DNA of 64,000 nucleotides, from the NCBI GenBank assembly GCA_964016885.1, contig OZ024742.1:217434001-217498000 (forward strand), written 5' to 3'. The stretch is from Eledone cirrhosa (lineage: Eukaryota). Shown here in pieces: positions 39,183-50,435 of the stretch (position 1 is the first letter of the stretch; each line of letters begins with the position of its first letter). The notes below the pieces were generated by a model that was given only the letters and a program-made list of their open reading frames with translations, was not told where the DNA came from and did no database searches. The position numbers and the translations under genes were made by a program.

Positions 39183-39572
39183 TACATGATGGCTGCCAAC
39201 TCGTTTTCGAGTACGGCCACTACTTTATATCCATGTAGGATCTTTTTTTACTCTGATACAAACACTACACTTGTGACAACTATTGACACATAGTGCTGGC
39301 CCCATGGTACCATGTGACGACAAGTGCAGAGAGATCTCTAGATATAAAGCAATGTCTGTGCCATAAAGCTTTTATAGTGAACAAAGGCAGTGCACAAAGC
39401 CAGTCCCACTCTCTTAACCAAGATGATATTTACCAAAAAGAAGAACAAGTCAACATCATTGGATACCATCAGGGTTGCACGTGTTATATCAGAGTTTTCC
39501 TTCATACATACATACATATATACAAACAAGATGATGGCTGCCCCCTCGTTATCAAGTATGGCCATTGCACGA
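39183..39572 (-). mobile_element. Non-coding RTE-derived element pieces (UTR-like body + 3' terminus)
   Basis: Near-identical to 49592-49957; terminal GGCCRTACT(C/T)GA..ACGAG..GGCAGCCATC followed by (ATGT)n. Confidence 0.65.
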
Positions 39573-39627
39573 GGAAAAAAATATATATATATATATTAAT
39601 AAATAAATAAAAAAGAAAAAAAAAGAA

Positions 39628-39658
<31 letters not shown>

Positions 39659-39757
39659 TATATATATACACACATACATACATATATACACACACACATA
39701 TACATTAATAACAATAATAACAACAATAATAATGACGACAACAACAACAATAATAAT

Positions 39758-41180
39758 ATCATCATCATCATCATCATCATCATCATCGTTTAACGTCCGT
39801 GTTCCACGCTTGCATGGGTTTGGACGGGGGTTTTCCCACTTGAGGCAAGAGTGATTGTCTTGCTCGCATAGGACTGTGGCGGGTTTTCTACAGCTGGATG
39901 CCCTTCCTAACACCAACCACATTTACAGTGTGGGGCTGGGAGGTTTTTACCGTGTTACCTACACGGCCACATTACAGCGTGGACTGTCTGGCGGGTTTTC
40001 TACAGCTGGATGCCCTTCCTAACACCAACCACATTTACAGTGTGGGGCTGGGAGGTTTTTACTGTGTTGCCTACATGGCCACATTACAGCATGGACTATG
40101 TGTTTTTTTGTCGTGACACCTACACGATCTCATTTGTTTCGGCCTGGATGTTGTGGCACCAACATAACTTTACATTGAAAGGGGCGGTGTGGATGGGGTG
40201 GGGGGTGGTGGGACGGGGGTGTATTTTGTTAGAGATGCCTACTGACTGTAGTAGGTTTTACTTTGTATTTAGGTAAGGCGGGTCTTCTCTATTACTGAGT
40301 ACCGCCAAAGGTCTCGGTCCAGTGACATTGTCTTGGTGAGGTGTAAGTGTGTGAGGTTGGAGTTTATCAGCTCGTCCCAGGTTTTTCTGGGTCTGCCTAT
40401 ACCGTGGCTACCGTCTATCTTTATTGCCCTGCACTTTGTTATACAGCTGTCGTCTTTCATGCGCATCATGTGACCATACAAACGTAGCCTTCTCTCGAGT
40501 AAACAACATCTGATCCCTCTTATTTCTAATTTTTTCCTTAGTTCGCTTATGCTTTGCCGTTCATGTATGTTACTATTACACATCCAGCGGAGCATGCAAG
40601 CTTCGTTCCTCTCTAGTCTGCGTATATCCTCTGCACATAATGCCCAGGTCTCACTGCCATGCAACATTGCTGTTCGTATGCAGGCATCATACAACCTGCC
40701 TTTCATTTTTAGGGAGAACCCTTTAGTGGCTAATAGTGGTATAAGCTCTCTGAACTTTTTCCATCCAGTTCTGACTCTAGCTACTGTACTTTCAGAGCAC
40801 CCTCCCCCACTGCTGATTTTGTCACCCAGGTAACGGAAGCTGTCCACTATTTCTATAGAACCCTCTGCGCAATTGAAAGAGCTAGTATTTTGTGGACACT
40901 TGCTGCTACTTATTGCACCAGAGCACCGGCCACATGTAAAATCTATGTTCTTAGTTAGCTTACCTGTGATCCCACTACATCTTTTATGCACCCATACTTT
41001 GCATTTGGGACATAAAATGGAGTTTCTACCTACGCCTTTCCTACACACTGAGCATGGCCATTTCTGGAAGGGACTATCGCCTTATTTTCTTTCCTACAAA
41101 CTAGAACTTTAGTCTTAGCCAGGTTAATTTTAAGCCCTTTTGATTCTAGGCCATGCTTCCATGTTTGGAATTTCTTCTCT
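39758..41180 (-). mobile_element. 5'-truncated RTE LINE, near-identical to 12927-14329
   Basis: ORF 40269-41048, same 3'UTR duplication, (GAT)n tail. Confidence 0.95.
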
Positions 41181-41234
41181 ATATACATATATATATGCAC
41201 ACACACACACAAACATATCTACACACACACACGA

Positions 41235-41806
41235 TAGCAACTAACAGCGCTGCAATCGAATGTGGCTTTTTAGCCCAGCCAATGATCTAAAATGTCTTGC
41301 ACAGAGTCGGCAACCAAAACATTCACTGGGTATAGCCGGCTGTGGTTGGAGTTCATGTACTTTTGCATGTCGCTTGAGCCCTCCTGCTGATTTACATTCT
41401 CTACCACATGTTTGACAAGCATGATGAGTAGCATCTCCAACAGCAGCCTGGTAGTCAACCACTGGTCTTACTTTATGACTGCGAAGCTGACTTTCGAGTC
41501 CAGCTTTGCTTAGGCAGAGTCTCGCACAGACACTGCATGTCAGCACCATAGGAGGACCCTCGCCGTCTGGAAGTGCAACAGCAATGCCCTTCCTTACATC
41601 CCGCTTTACTTTCTCGTATGTGATTCGAGATGCCTCAAAGGCAACTTTTCCCTCATATACAGTCTTTCTCCATTTATTACGATCAGCAGCAATATTTTCC
41701 CATGTATCAGCAGAGATGTTAGCGTCTTTCAAAGAGGCTTTCAAGGAATCCTTATACCTCTTTTTTGGTTTATGTGGAGGTCGTTTTCCTTTAACCAACT
41801 CTCCAT
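41235..41806 (-). mobile_element. 3' end of an RTE/BovB-type LINE with three C-terminal C2H2-like zinc fingers
   Basis: [30 protein letters not shown], then CSVC..RSH, CQTC..HAKVH and CRLC..SHIR. Confidence 0.85.
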
Positions 41807-41988
41807 ACATACATATATATATACATACATACATACATATATATATATACATACATACATATATATATATACATACATATATATATACATACATATATAT
41901 ATACATATATATATATACACACATATATATATACACATATATATACATACATATATACATATATATATATACACATATATATATACAT

Positions 41989-42307
41989 ACATGGCTTAGT
42001 GGTTAGAGCATTGGCCTGGCAATCGAAAGGTTGTGAGTTCAATTCTCAGACCGGGTGATGTGTTGTTTCCTTGAGCAGGACACCAGTTTACTCAGCTGTA
42101 GAAATGAGATGATAGGGACTGGGGTCCATATCATTCCACTGCAAAGTGGTCGTGGAGGTGCCACAGCAAAAAAGCACCCAGCACTCACTGTAAATGAGGT
42201 TGGTGTTAGGAAGGGCATCCAGCTGTAGAAATCAAACCAGAATAAGTTCCCGTCCCATCCTTGCAAGCAGGGAAAAAGCGGACGTAAAACGAAATGAAAT
42301 GAAATGA
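41989..42307 (+). mobile_element. Apparently complete tRNA-derived SINE with an RTE-type 3' end and (GAAAT)n tail
   Basis: A-box TGGCTTAGTGG, B-box GAGTTCAATTC; 3' half matches the RTE 3'UTR at 9960-10100 and the RTE terminus at 48094-48132. Confidence 0.85.
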
Positions 42308-42402
42308 ATACATACATATATATATATATACATATAAATATATATATACATACATATATATATATATAGATACATATACATACACATATATATATATATA
42401 TA

Positions 42403-43368
42403 TCAGGGAAATGGCCTTGCTCAGTGTGTAGGAAAGGAGTAGGCAGAAATTCAATTTTATGTCCCAAATGCAAAGTATGGGTACATAAAAGATGTAGTGG
42501 GATCAAAGGTAAACTATCTAAGAATGTAGACTTTATATATCTGGCCGATGCTCAGGTGCAATAGGTAGCAAGTGTCTACAGGATACTAGCCCCTTCTATT
42601 GCCCAGATGGTTCTATAGAAATAGTAGACACTTTCCGTTACCTGGGTGACGAAATCAGCAGTTGTGGAGGGTGTTCTGAAAGTACAGTAGCCAGAGTCAG
42701 AACGGGATGGAAAAAGTTCAGAGAGCTTATACCGCTGTTGGCCACAAAAGGTTTCTCTCTAAAAATGAAAGGCAGATTGTATGAAGCCTGTATACGAACA
42801 GCAATGCTACATGGCAGTGAGACATGGGTATTACGTGCAGAGGACCTGCGTAGACTGGAAAGGAACGAAACATGCATGCTCCGTTGGATGTGTAATAGTA
42901 ATATACGTGAACGGAAAAGCATAAATGAACTAAGTGAGAAATTAGGAATGAGAGGGATCAGATGCTGTTTACTCGAGAGAAGACTACGTTGGTATGGCCA
43001 CGTGATGCGCATGAAAGACGACAGCTGTATAAAAAAGTGCAGGGCGATCAAAATTGATGGTAGTTACAGAGTAGGTAGACCCAGAAAAACCTGGGACGAT
43101 CTGATAAATTCCGACCTTACACACTTGCACCTCTTAACCAAATATACACCCCAATCCACTACCCCTACCCTTTCCTCCCACTCCCACCAACACCACCCTC
43201 TCTCTATAAAGTTGGTACCACAACATCCAGTCCAAATAAATGAGATCGAGATCGTGTAGGTGTCACGAGAAAAACACAGTCCACGCTGTAATGTGGCCGT
43301 GTAGGTAACACGGTAAAAAGTTCCCAGTTCCACACTGTAAATGTGGTTGGTGTTAGGAAGGGCATCCA
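42403..43368 (+). mobile_element. 5'-truncated RTE LINE running into the assembly gap
   Basis: PHD region to GRPRKTW, then 3'UTR. Confidence 0.9.
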
Positions 43369-43568
43369 NNNNNNNNNNNNNNNNNNNNNNNNNNNNNNNN
43401 NNNNNNNNNNNNNNNNNNNNNNNNNNNNNNNNNNNNNNNNNNNNNNNNNNNNNNNNNNNNNNNNNNNNNNNNNNNNNNNNNNNNNNNNNNNNNNNNNNNN
43501 NNNNNNNNNNNNNNNNNNNNNNNNNNNNNNNNNNNNNNNNNNNNNNNNNNNNNNNNNNNNNNNNNNNN
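43369..43568. other. Assembly gap (N run)
   Basis: About 200 N. Confidence 0.99.
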
Positions 43569-43569
43569 G

Positions 43570-43919
43570 ATTCTTTATCTGAAATCGTGTGTTGAAACCG
43601 ATATTGTTATACTTAGGGAGGGTCATGTTGCCAATAAGAAACACACATGCATGCGCAGACTGAGCACACAACACACACACAGAAATAAAATGGCGTAGGA
43701 CAGAACAAAGGAGAGGCACAGAAACAAGAAAGGAATCCTCAGTCACTGAAGAGGTCACAGAGTGTGTGACGAAAGAACTATGACAATATATAAACAACTA
43801 TCTGGTTGTGGAACCAACCACCAACCAGAAATTTATAAATTTATTATAATAAATTGAAGTGAAAGCAACTGGTGCGTGTGTTTCTTATTGGCAACATGAC
43901 CCTCCCTAAGTATAACAAC
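43570..43919 (+). mobile_element. Short Penelope pLTR insertion with inverted end, related to the 20440-24226 element
   Basis: TGTTATACTTAGGGAGGGTCATGTTGCCAATAAGAAACACAC is inverted at 43876-43917; shares CGCATGCGCAGA and ATGGCGTAG with 23878-23950. Confidence 0.8.
43742..43784 (+). ncRNA. Minimal type I hammerhead ribozyme
   Basis: GUCA-CUGAAGA-G-GUCACA(GAGUG)UGUGAC-GAAA-GAAC-UA-UGAC. Confidence 0.7.
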
Positions 43920-43935
43920 ATATATATATATATAC

Positions 43936-44680
43936 GGGGATAACAAATTATTGTTATAGGTAGTCCACTTAGATGTAGACCAGTTAGGGTACTCCGAGTA
44001 GTGGATAGTATTAACGCTTGGCTAAGTTTGACTCAACAAGACGTTTCCATAGTGATGCTGCGAGTACGCGGTGATTTCTATGTAGTTTACACTTGGAGTA
44101 ATAATAAAACAAGAAAGAAGAGTGACATGGTTTGCTACACAATAAGGGCTTTATTCACATTGCTGACAATTGTTTCTCTGAACTGGTAGGTCTAGAGATC
44201 GCTACCCGCCTGTTTTTTGCGTCAATCGATCACCAATACTTTGTTATAACCAGTCAGTTCATCAGAGGCATGCGAGAATGAAGGGAATACACAGGCATGC
44301 TTCTATATATAGTAGTGGCATTAAATCAGAACAATAATAAAAATACTAGCAATACTACAATAAATATCTAGACCGTAACATTTAAAATAATCACAACATC
44401 ATCTAAGTAAGACATAGAGTATACTGATGACTTTAGCGTGTAAAGCGAGCTGATACGAATCAGATATATGAAATTGACATGTAAAAGCTGTTATGGGTGT
44501 ATTATATATAGTGTAGAGATAACCTGGGGCTTGAAACAATGGACCATTTACTTTACTGTAGGTTTGCTGACCGTAAGAATTATTTATTCTGGTTGAGTCA
44601 AACAAAGCCATACGTTAAAACTATCCACGCAAAGTACTCACACCCTAACTGGATTACCGATAACGATAACTTGTTATCCC
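43936..44680 (-). mobile_element. Non-coding element with diverged ~100-bp terminal inverted repeats and an internal hammerhead-like motif (44161-44270)
   Basis: Both ends read GGGATAACAA(A/G)TTAT(T/C)GTTAT(A/C)GGTA(G/A)TCCA..CAGTTAGGGT..GTGGATAGT..TTTGACTCAAC; flanked by (TA)n. Confidence 0.6.
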
Positions 44681-44726
44681 ATATACATATTTATATATAT
44701 ATATATACAAACATATATATATATAT

Positions 44727-45031
44727 GGACATCCTCGAGCATCTTGAAACCGAACAGACTTGCTAGGGACAGTCATCACCAGTGATGAATCATGGATCTT
44801 CGAGTATGACCCAGAGCGGACCCGTTTTGAAGACGTGGACGACATCAAAAAGGCTGTGACGACGGAGGATCCCGGAAGAATCCTTCCAGGAGTGCATGCA
44901 AGCCTGCGGAAAAGGATAGAAAAGTGCATTAGACTCCAGGGGATCGCTTTGAAGGAGAAAACTCTTAGTGTGAAGTTTGGGTTGAAATAAATCTTTGTGA
45001 CATCAGTCCTGGAACTTTCTGACACACCTCG
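44727..45031 (+). mobile_element. Internally deleted mariner remnant with 3' TIR
   Basis: VITSDESWIFEYDPE joined to RFEDVDDIKKAVT..CIRLQG; ends CAGTCCTGGAACTTTCTGACACACCTCG|TA. Confidence 0.8.
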
Positions 45032-45048
45032 TATATATATATATATAT

Positions 45049-48000
45049 GACGCTTATCAGCACAGCAACAAATAGGAACAACAACAAAATATGAAGACGT
45101 CGCATCTCAGAGTTGCAACACTTAATGTTGGCACTCTCAGAGGTAGATCTGCTGAAATAGCGGAGATGCTGGAGAGAAGGCAGGTGGATGTGTGCTGCGT
45201 GCAAGAGGTGAGATGGAGAGGTGCCTCTGCGAGACTAGTCGTAGGCAAATGCCTTAGATATAAGCTATTCTGGGTAGGTAGGGATGATGGGTTAGGGGGA
45301 GTAGGCATTTCCCTGGCTGAGAAATGGATCAATAAGACAATAGAGGTAGTTCGAGTTAGTAATCGAATAATTAAGCTTAGATTAGTTGTAGGCAGGAGAC
45401 TAGTGACAATCATCTCGGCCTATGCTCCCCAAGCAGGCCTAGGCAAAGATGAGAAAGATTGCTTTTATGAGCAACTTTTACAAACAACCGCAATGACAGA
45501 GGACGGAGACATCGTTATGCTAGCAGGAGACTTCAATGGTCATGTTGGACAGCTCCAGGATGGTTACACTGGGGTACGTGCTGGGCACGGTTACGGCTCA
45601 AGAAATGAAGAAGGAGTGAGACTTCTTGAATTTTGTAATGCGGGTACATTGACTATTTGCAACACAAACTTCCAGAAACCTGCCAATCACCTAATAACCT
45701 ACAAATCTGGTGAGCACATAAGCCAGATTGACTTCTTACTAGTTAGGCAGCGGGACAGGCAGATACCAAGGCATACCCTGGGGAAGAATGTACCCCACAG
45801 CATAGGTTAGTTGTTAGTGATATCTCAGTAAGCAAGAGATGGAATGAGACATATAGGAAGGTCTGGAAGCTAAAAGACCTTTCACTAAAATACAAATTCA
45901 GAAAAGCCCTTCAAGATGTATATGACGAAAAAGAAGACGATTTAGAGACGTATGACATAGATAATAACTGGAATTTCTTACGTGACAACTTGCTGCAGGC
46001 TACTGATGAAACTTGTGGCTGGAGCAGAGCTCCAACCAGACAGAGAGTGACCTGGTGGTGGAACAGCACAGTAGATAAGGTCATTAGAGACAAAAGACTA
46101 GCATGGAAGGCTTGGAAAAAGGGTGGGAGTAGGGAAGAATATACAGCCACTAAGAGAGAAGCTAGACGTCAGGTGTACTTAGCACGCAGGGAGGCGGAGA
46201 GTAGGAGGTTTGCCAATGTTCTGCGACGGGAAGATCAGAGGCGTGCGGTGTTCTACATTGCAAGGCAGTGTGTCAATGCAAATCAGGATGTTGTTGGAGA
46301 TAAATGTGTCCGGGATGATGCCGGTGTACTTAGTGTCACGAATGATCAGAAAAAGGAGGCCTGGAAATGTCATTATGAGAGACTGATGAATGTGGACAAC
46401 AAATGGGAGAGAGAGAAATTACCCTTGGTAGATCCGACAGAGGGACCAGCTATTGAGATTGACGAATATAGGGTCCAAGAGGCGATTAGGGAAATGAAAA
46501 ATGGTAAGGCTGCCGGACCATCGGGAATAGTTGCTGAGATGCTGAAGGCATCAGGGGACGTAGGCACTAAACTGGTTGCACGCATCATCAATCAGGCTAT
46601 ATATGGTGGTGTCATACCCAAAGACTGGTGCAGCAGTATTCTCATAAATTGCTACAAAGGTAAAGGGGATGCTCTGGAGAGGAGCAATTATAGGGGTATA
46701 AAATTGATAGATCAGGTTATGAAAGTGGCAGAAAGGATAGCACAACTAATTAGAGAAAGGGTCAAACTAGATGAGATGCAGTTTGGTTTTGTGCCTGGGA
46801 AGAGTACAACAGATGCCCTCTTCTTGGTGAGACAATTGCAAGAGAGGTTCTTAGAGAAGAATAAGCCACTATACTTAACCTTTGTTGACCTAGAGAAGGC
46901 CTTTGATAGGGTACCCCGATCTGTCATCTGGTGGTCCCTAAGGAAGCTAGGTGTTGAGGAATGGCTTGTGAGGACAGTGTAAACTTTGTACAGAGGTACT
47001 CTCAGTAAAGTCAGGGTAGGAATGGAGTTTACTGAGGAATTCCAGATACAAGTAGGAGTACATCAGGGTTCGGTCTTCAGCCCGCTCTTGTTCATTATAG
47101 TCCTCCAAGCCATAACAGAGGAGTTTAAGACTGGCTGTCCATGGGAACTTCTCTATGCTGACGATCTGGTTCTTATAGCAGAATCAGTAGAGGAGCTAGA
47201 GAATAAATTCTGGCTATGGAAACAGCAGTTGGAAGCAAGAGGACTGAGAGTGAACCTAGCTAAGACAAAAGTGTTGATGAGTAGAAAAGAGGACAAAACC
47301 CTGATTCCGTCAAGGAAATGGCCATGTTCGATATGCAGAAAAGGAACTGGCATAAATTCTATAAAATGCACACAATGCAGATCCTGGGTACACAAGAGAT
47401 GTAGCGGGATAGCAGGCAAACTAACAGGTAGGGAGAAATATGTATGCAGTAGATGTACAGGGAAATTAGACAGTAGAAGTCGCATTGATAGACACATTTT
47501 TCAAATGCAGGAGGGCACTATAGAAGTGGTGGATAGCTTCCGGTACCTAGGAGATCAGATTAGCATAGGAGGAGGGTGTTCCGAGGCCATAGTATCTAGA
47601 ATAAGGACGGGTTGGAAGAAGTTTAGGGAGCTGCTTCCTCTGTTGACGAAGAAGGGTTTCTCCCTGCGTACGAAAGGCCGGTTGTATGATGCCTGTGTGA
47701 GGAGCGCGATGCTGCATGGTAGTGAGACATGGGCAGCAACTGCAGAGGATATGCGACGGCTGGAGAGAAATGAGGCAAGCATGCTCCGTTGGATGTGCAG
47801 TGTAAATGTACGTGAACGACCCAGCATAAATGTGTTGAGAGAGAAACTGTGTCTGAGAGGGATAGAATGTAGTGTACGGGAGAGGAGACTGAGGTGGTAT
47901 GGACATGTGATGCGCATGGAGGATGACCGATGGGTGAAGAAGTGCCAGGGAATGCCAGTGGAAGGAAGACGTGGTAGAGGTAGACCACGAAAAACATGGG

Positions 48001-48165
48001 CGGAGGTGGTGAGAACAGACCTCAGATCATTGAAGCTCACGGTGGAGATGACGAAGGACCGTGACGAGTGGAGAGATGCTGTGCTGAATAAGACCCGTCC
48101 CACCCTTGCAAGCAGGGAAAAGTGGACGTAAAATGATGATGATGATGATAATGATGATGATGATG
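45049..48165 (+). mobile_element. Near-full-length RTE LINE (APE + RT with PHD insert); one frameshifting deletion and one nonsense codon
   Basis: ORF pieces 45091-45810, 45990-46982 and 46986-48131: ATLNVGTL, VQEVRW, SAYAPQ, GDFNGHVG, QFGF, DLEKAFD, YADD, YLG. The stop codon runs directly into the (GAT)n tail. Confidence 0.96.
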
Positions 48166-48168
48166 ATT

Positions 48169-48681
48169 ATGGCTGCCCCCTCGTTATCGAGTATGGCCAT
48201 TGCACGATATACCATTATTAATAATTATTAATTAATAATGGTATATTAATTAATTCTATCGTGCAATGCCTGTGCGTGAAGATATTGTTTAAATACTGTG
48301 CACTGAGCCAATCCCACTCTCTGAGCGACAGTAGCTATAACCCGAAAAGAAGAAAAGATCAACATCATCGGTAACTACTGAGCCGCAGGTTTTATATCGG
48401 AGTTATCCCTGTTTCCTGAGTTGCCTCCTCCTAGAAGAATGCCCTGACAAAGGATAGAGGTCCTTCACTCCCAGTGGTTTAACCGCTTGGAACATGTGTA
48501 TATACATATTTACACACTTTTGGATGGCCATTGACTCTTATGAGTTCTTCCGCCCTATGTCAAGTTTTGTTTTTTGTCCTGCAGAGTATCCAAAATCACC
48601 CTCCTTACCAAGTAAACTTGGTGGGGTTGCCGGTTTAGGCGCCGACGACCCAACCATGCAACAGGTTGTACTGGGTTACAT
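48169..48681 (-). mobile_element. Bipartite non-coding RTE-derived element
   Basis: 5' part GGTCGTCGGCGCCTAAACCGGCAACCCC..CTAGGAGGAGGCAACTC joined through an AT-rich fold-back (48200-48268) to the short 3' terminus. Confidence 0.6.
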
Positions 48682-48753
48682 ACATATATATATATATATA
48701 CATATATATACACATATATACATATACATACATATATATATATATATATATAT

Positions 48754-49481
48754 CTTGCATGCTCCGCTGGATGTGTAATAGTAATATACATGAACGACAA
48801 AGCATAAACGAACTAAGGAAAAAATTAGAAATAAGAGGGATCAGATGTTGTTTACTAGAGAGAAGGCTACGTTGGTATGATCACGTGATGCGCATGAAGG
48901 ACGATAGCTGTATAACAAAGTGCAGGGCAATAAAGATAGACAGTAGCCACGGTATAGGCAGACCCAGAAAAACCTGGGACGAGCTGATAAACTCCGACCT
49001 CACACACTTACACCTCACCAAGACAATGTCACTGGACCGAGACCTTTGGCGGTACTCAGTAATAGAGAAGACCCGCCTTACCTAAACACAAAGTAAAACC
49101 TACTACAGTCAGTAGGCATCTCTAACAAAATACACCCCCGTCCCACCACCCCCACCCCATCCACACCGCGCCCTTCTATGTAAAGTTATGTTGGTGCCAC
49201 ACCATCCAGGCCGAAACAAATGAGATCGTGTAGGTGTCACGACAAAAAAACACACAGTCCACGCTGTAATGTGGCCGTGTAGGCAACACGGTAAAAACCT
49301 CCCAGACCCACACTGTAAATGTGGTTGGTGTTAGGAAGGGCATCCAACTGTAGAAACCCTGCCAGACAGTCCTATGCGAGCAAGACAATCACTCTTGCCT
49401 CAAGTGGGAAAACCCCCGTCCAAACCCATGCAAGCGTGGAACACGGACGTTAAACGTTGATGATGATGATGATGATGATGA
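48754..49481 (+). mobile_element. 5'-truncated RTE LINE, similar extent to 18677-19409
   Basis: MLRWMC to 3'UTR and (GAT)n tail. Confidence 0.92.
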
Positions 49482-49552
49482 TATATATATAAATATACAT
49501 ACATACATATATATATATATGTATGTATATGTATGTATATATATATATATAT

Positions 49553-49591
<39 letters not shown>

Positions 49592-49594
<3 letters not shown>

Positions 49595-50252
49595 GGTGGC
49601 TGCCAACTCGTTTTCGAGTACGGCCACTACTTTATATCCATGTAGGAGAACCCCTACCGATGCGCTGAACGAGTGTGACTTTTTAGTCCAGCCAGCGACT
49701 TGAAAACTCTGATACAAACACTACACTTGTGACAATTACTGACACATAGTGCTTTGCCTTTGGTACCATGTGACGACAAGTGCAGAGAGATCTCCAGATA
49801 TAAAGCAATGCCTGTGCCGTGAAGCTTTTATAGTGAGCAAAGGCACTGCACAAAGCCAGTCCCACTCTCTTAACCAAGATGATATTTACCAAAAAGAAGA
49901 ACAAGTCAACATCATTGGATACCATCAGGGTTGCAGGTGTTATATCAGAGTTTTCCTTCTCCTAGAATTCTGCCTTGACAAAGGCTAAGGGGTCATCTCT
50001 CCCAGTGATTTTAGATGGCCATTGACTCTTACGAGCTCCTTTGCCCTTTGACAGGTTTTGTTTTTAGTCCTGCAGGATGTCCAAAGTCACCCTCCTCACC
50101 AAGAAACCTTGGTGGGGTTGCCAGTTTAGTCGCCAACGACCCGACCATGAGACAGGTTGTACTGGGATACATGTTACCAGTAGCACCAAGTGGTGACCTG
50201 TATATACATACATACATACATACATGTTACCAGTAGCACCAAGTGGTGACCT
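49592..50252 (-). mobile_element. Bipartite non-coding RTE-derived element with a duplicated 5' end
   Basis: Homologous to the 48169, 52567 and 39183 copies; TACATGTTACCAGTAGCACCAAGTGGTGACCTG occurs twice (50168, 50221). Confidence 0.65.
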
Positions 50253-50256
50253 GTAT

Positions 50257-50289
<33 letters not shown>

Positions 50290-50388
50290 CATACATATAT
50301 ATGTATACATACACATATATATATGTATACATACATATATATATATATATACATATATGTATACATATATATATATATAAATATATAT

Positions 50389-50435
<47 letters not shown>

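Noticed and set aside
41989-42056. tRNA-like sequences at SINE heads (also 36595, 61025, 39095, 3352)
   Set aside because: No complete cloverleaf, and they continue into SINE bodies or match SINE heads.
43204-43797. ORFs spanning the N run
   Set aside because: Artefact of the assembly gap.
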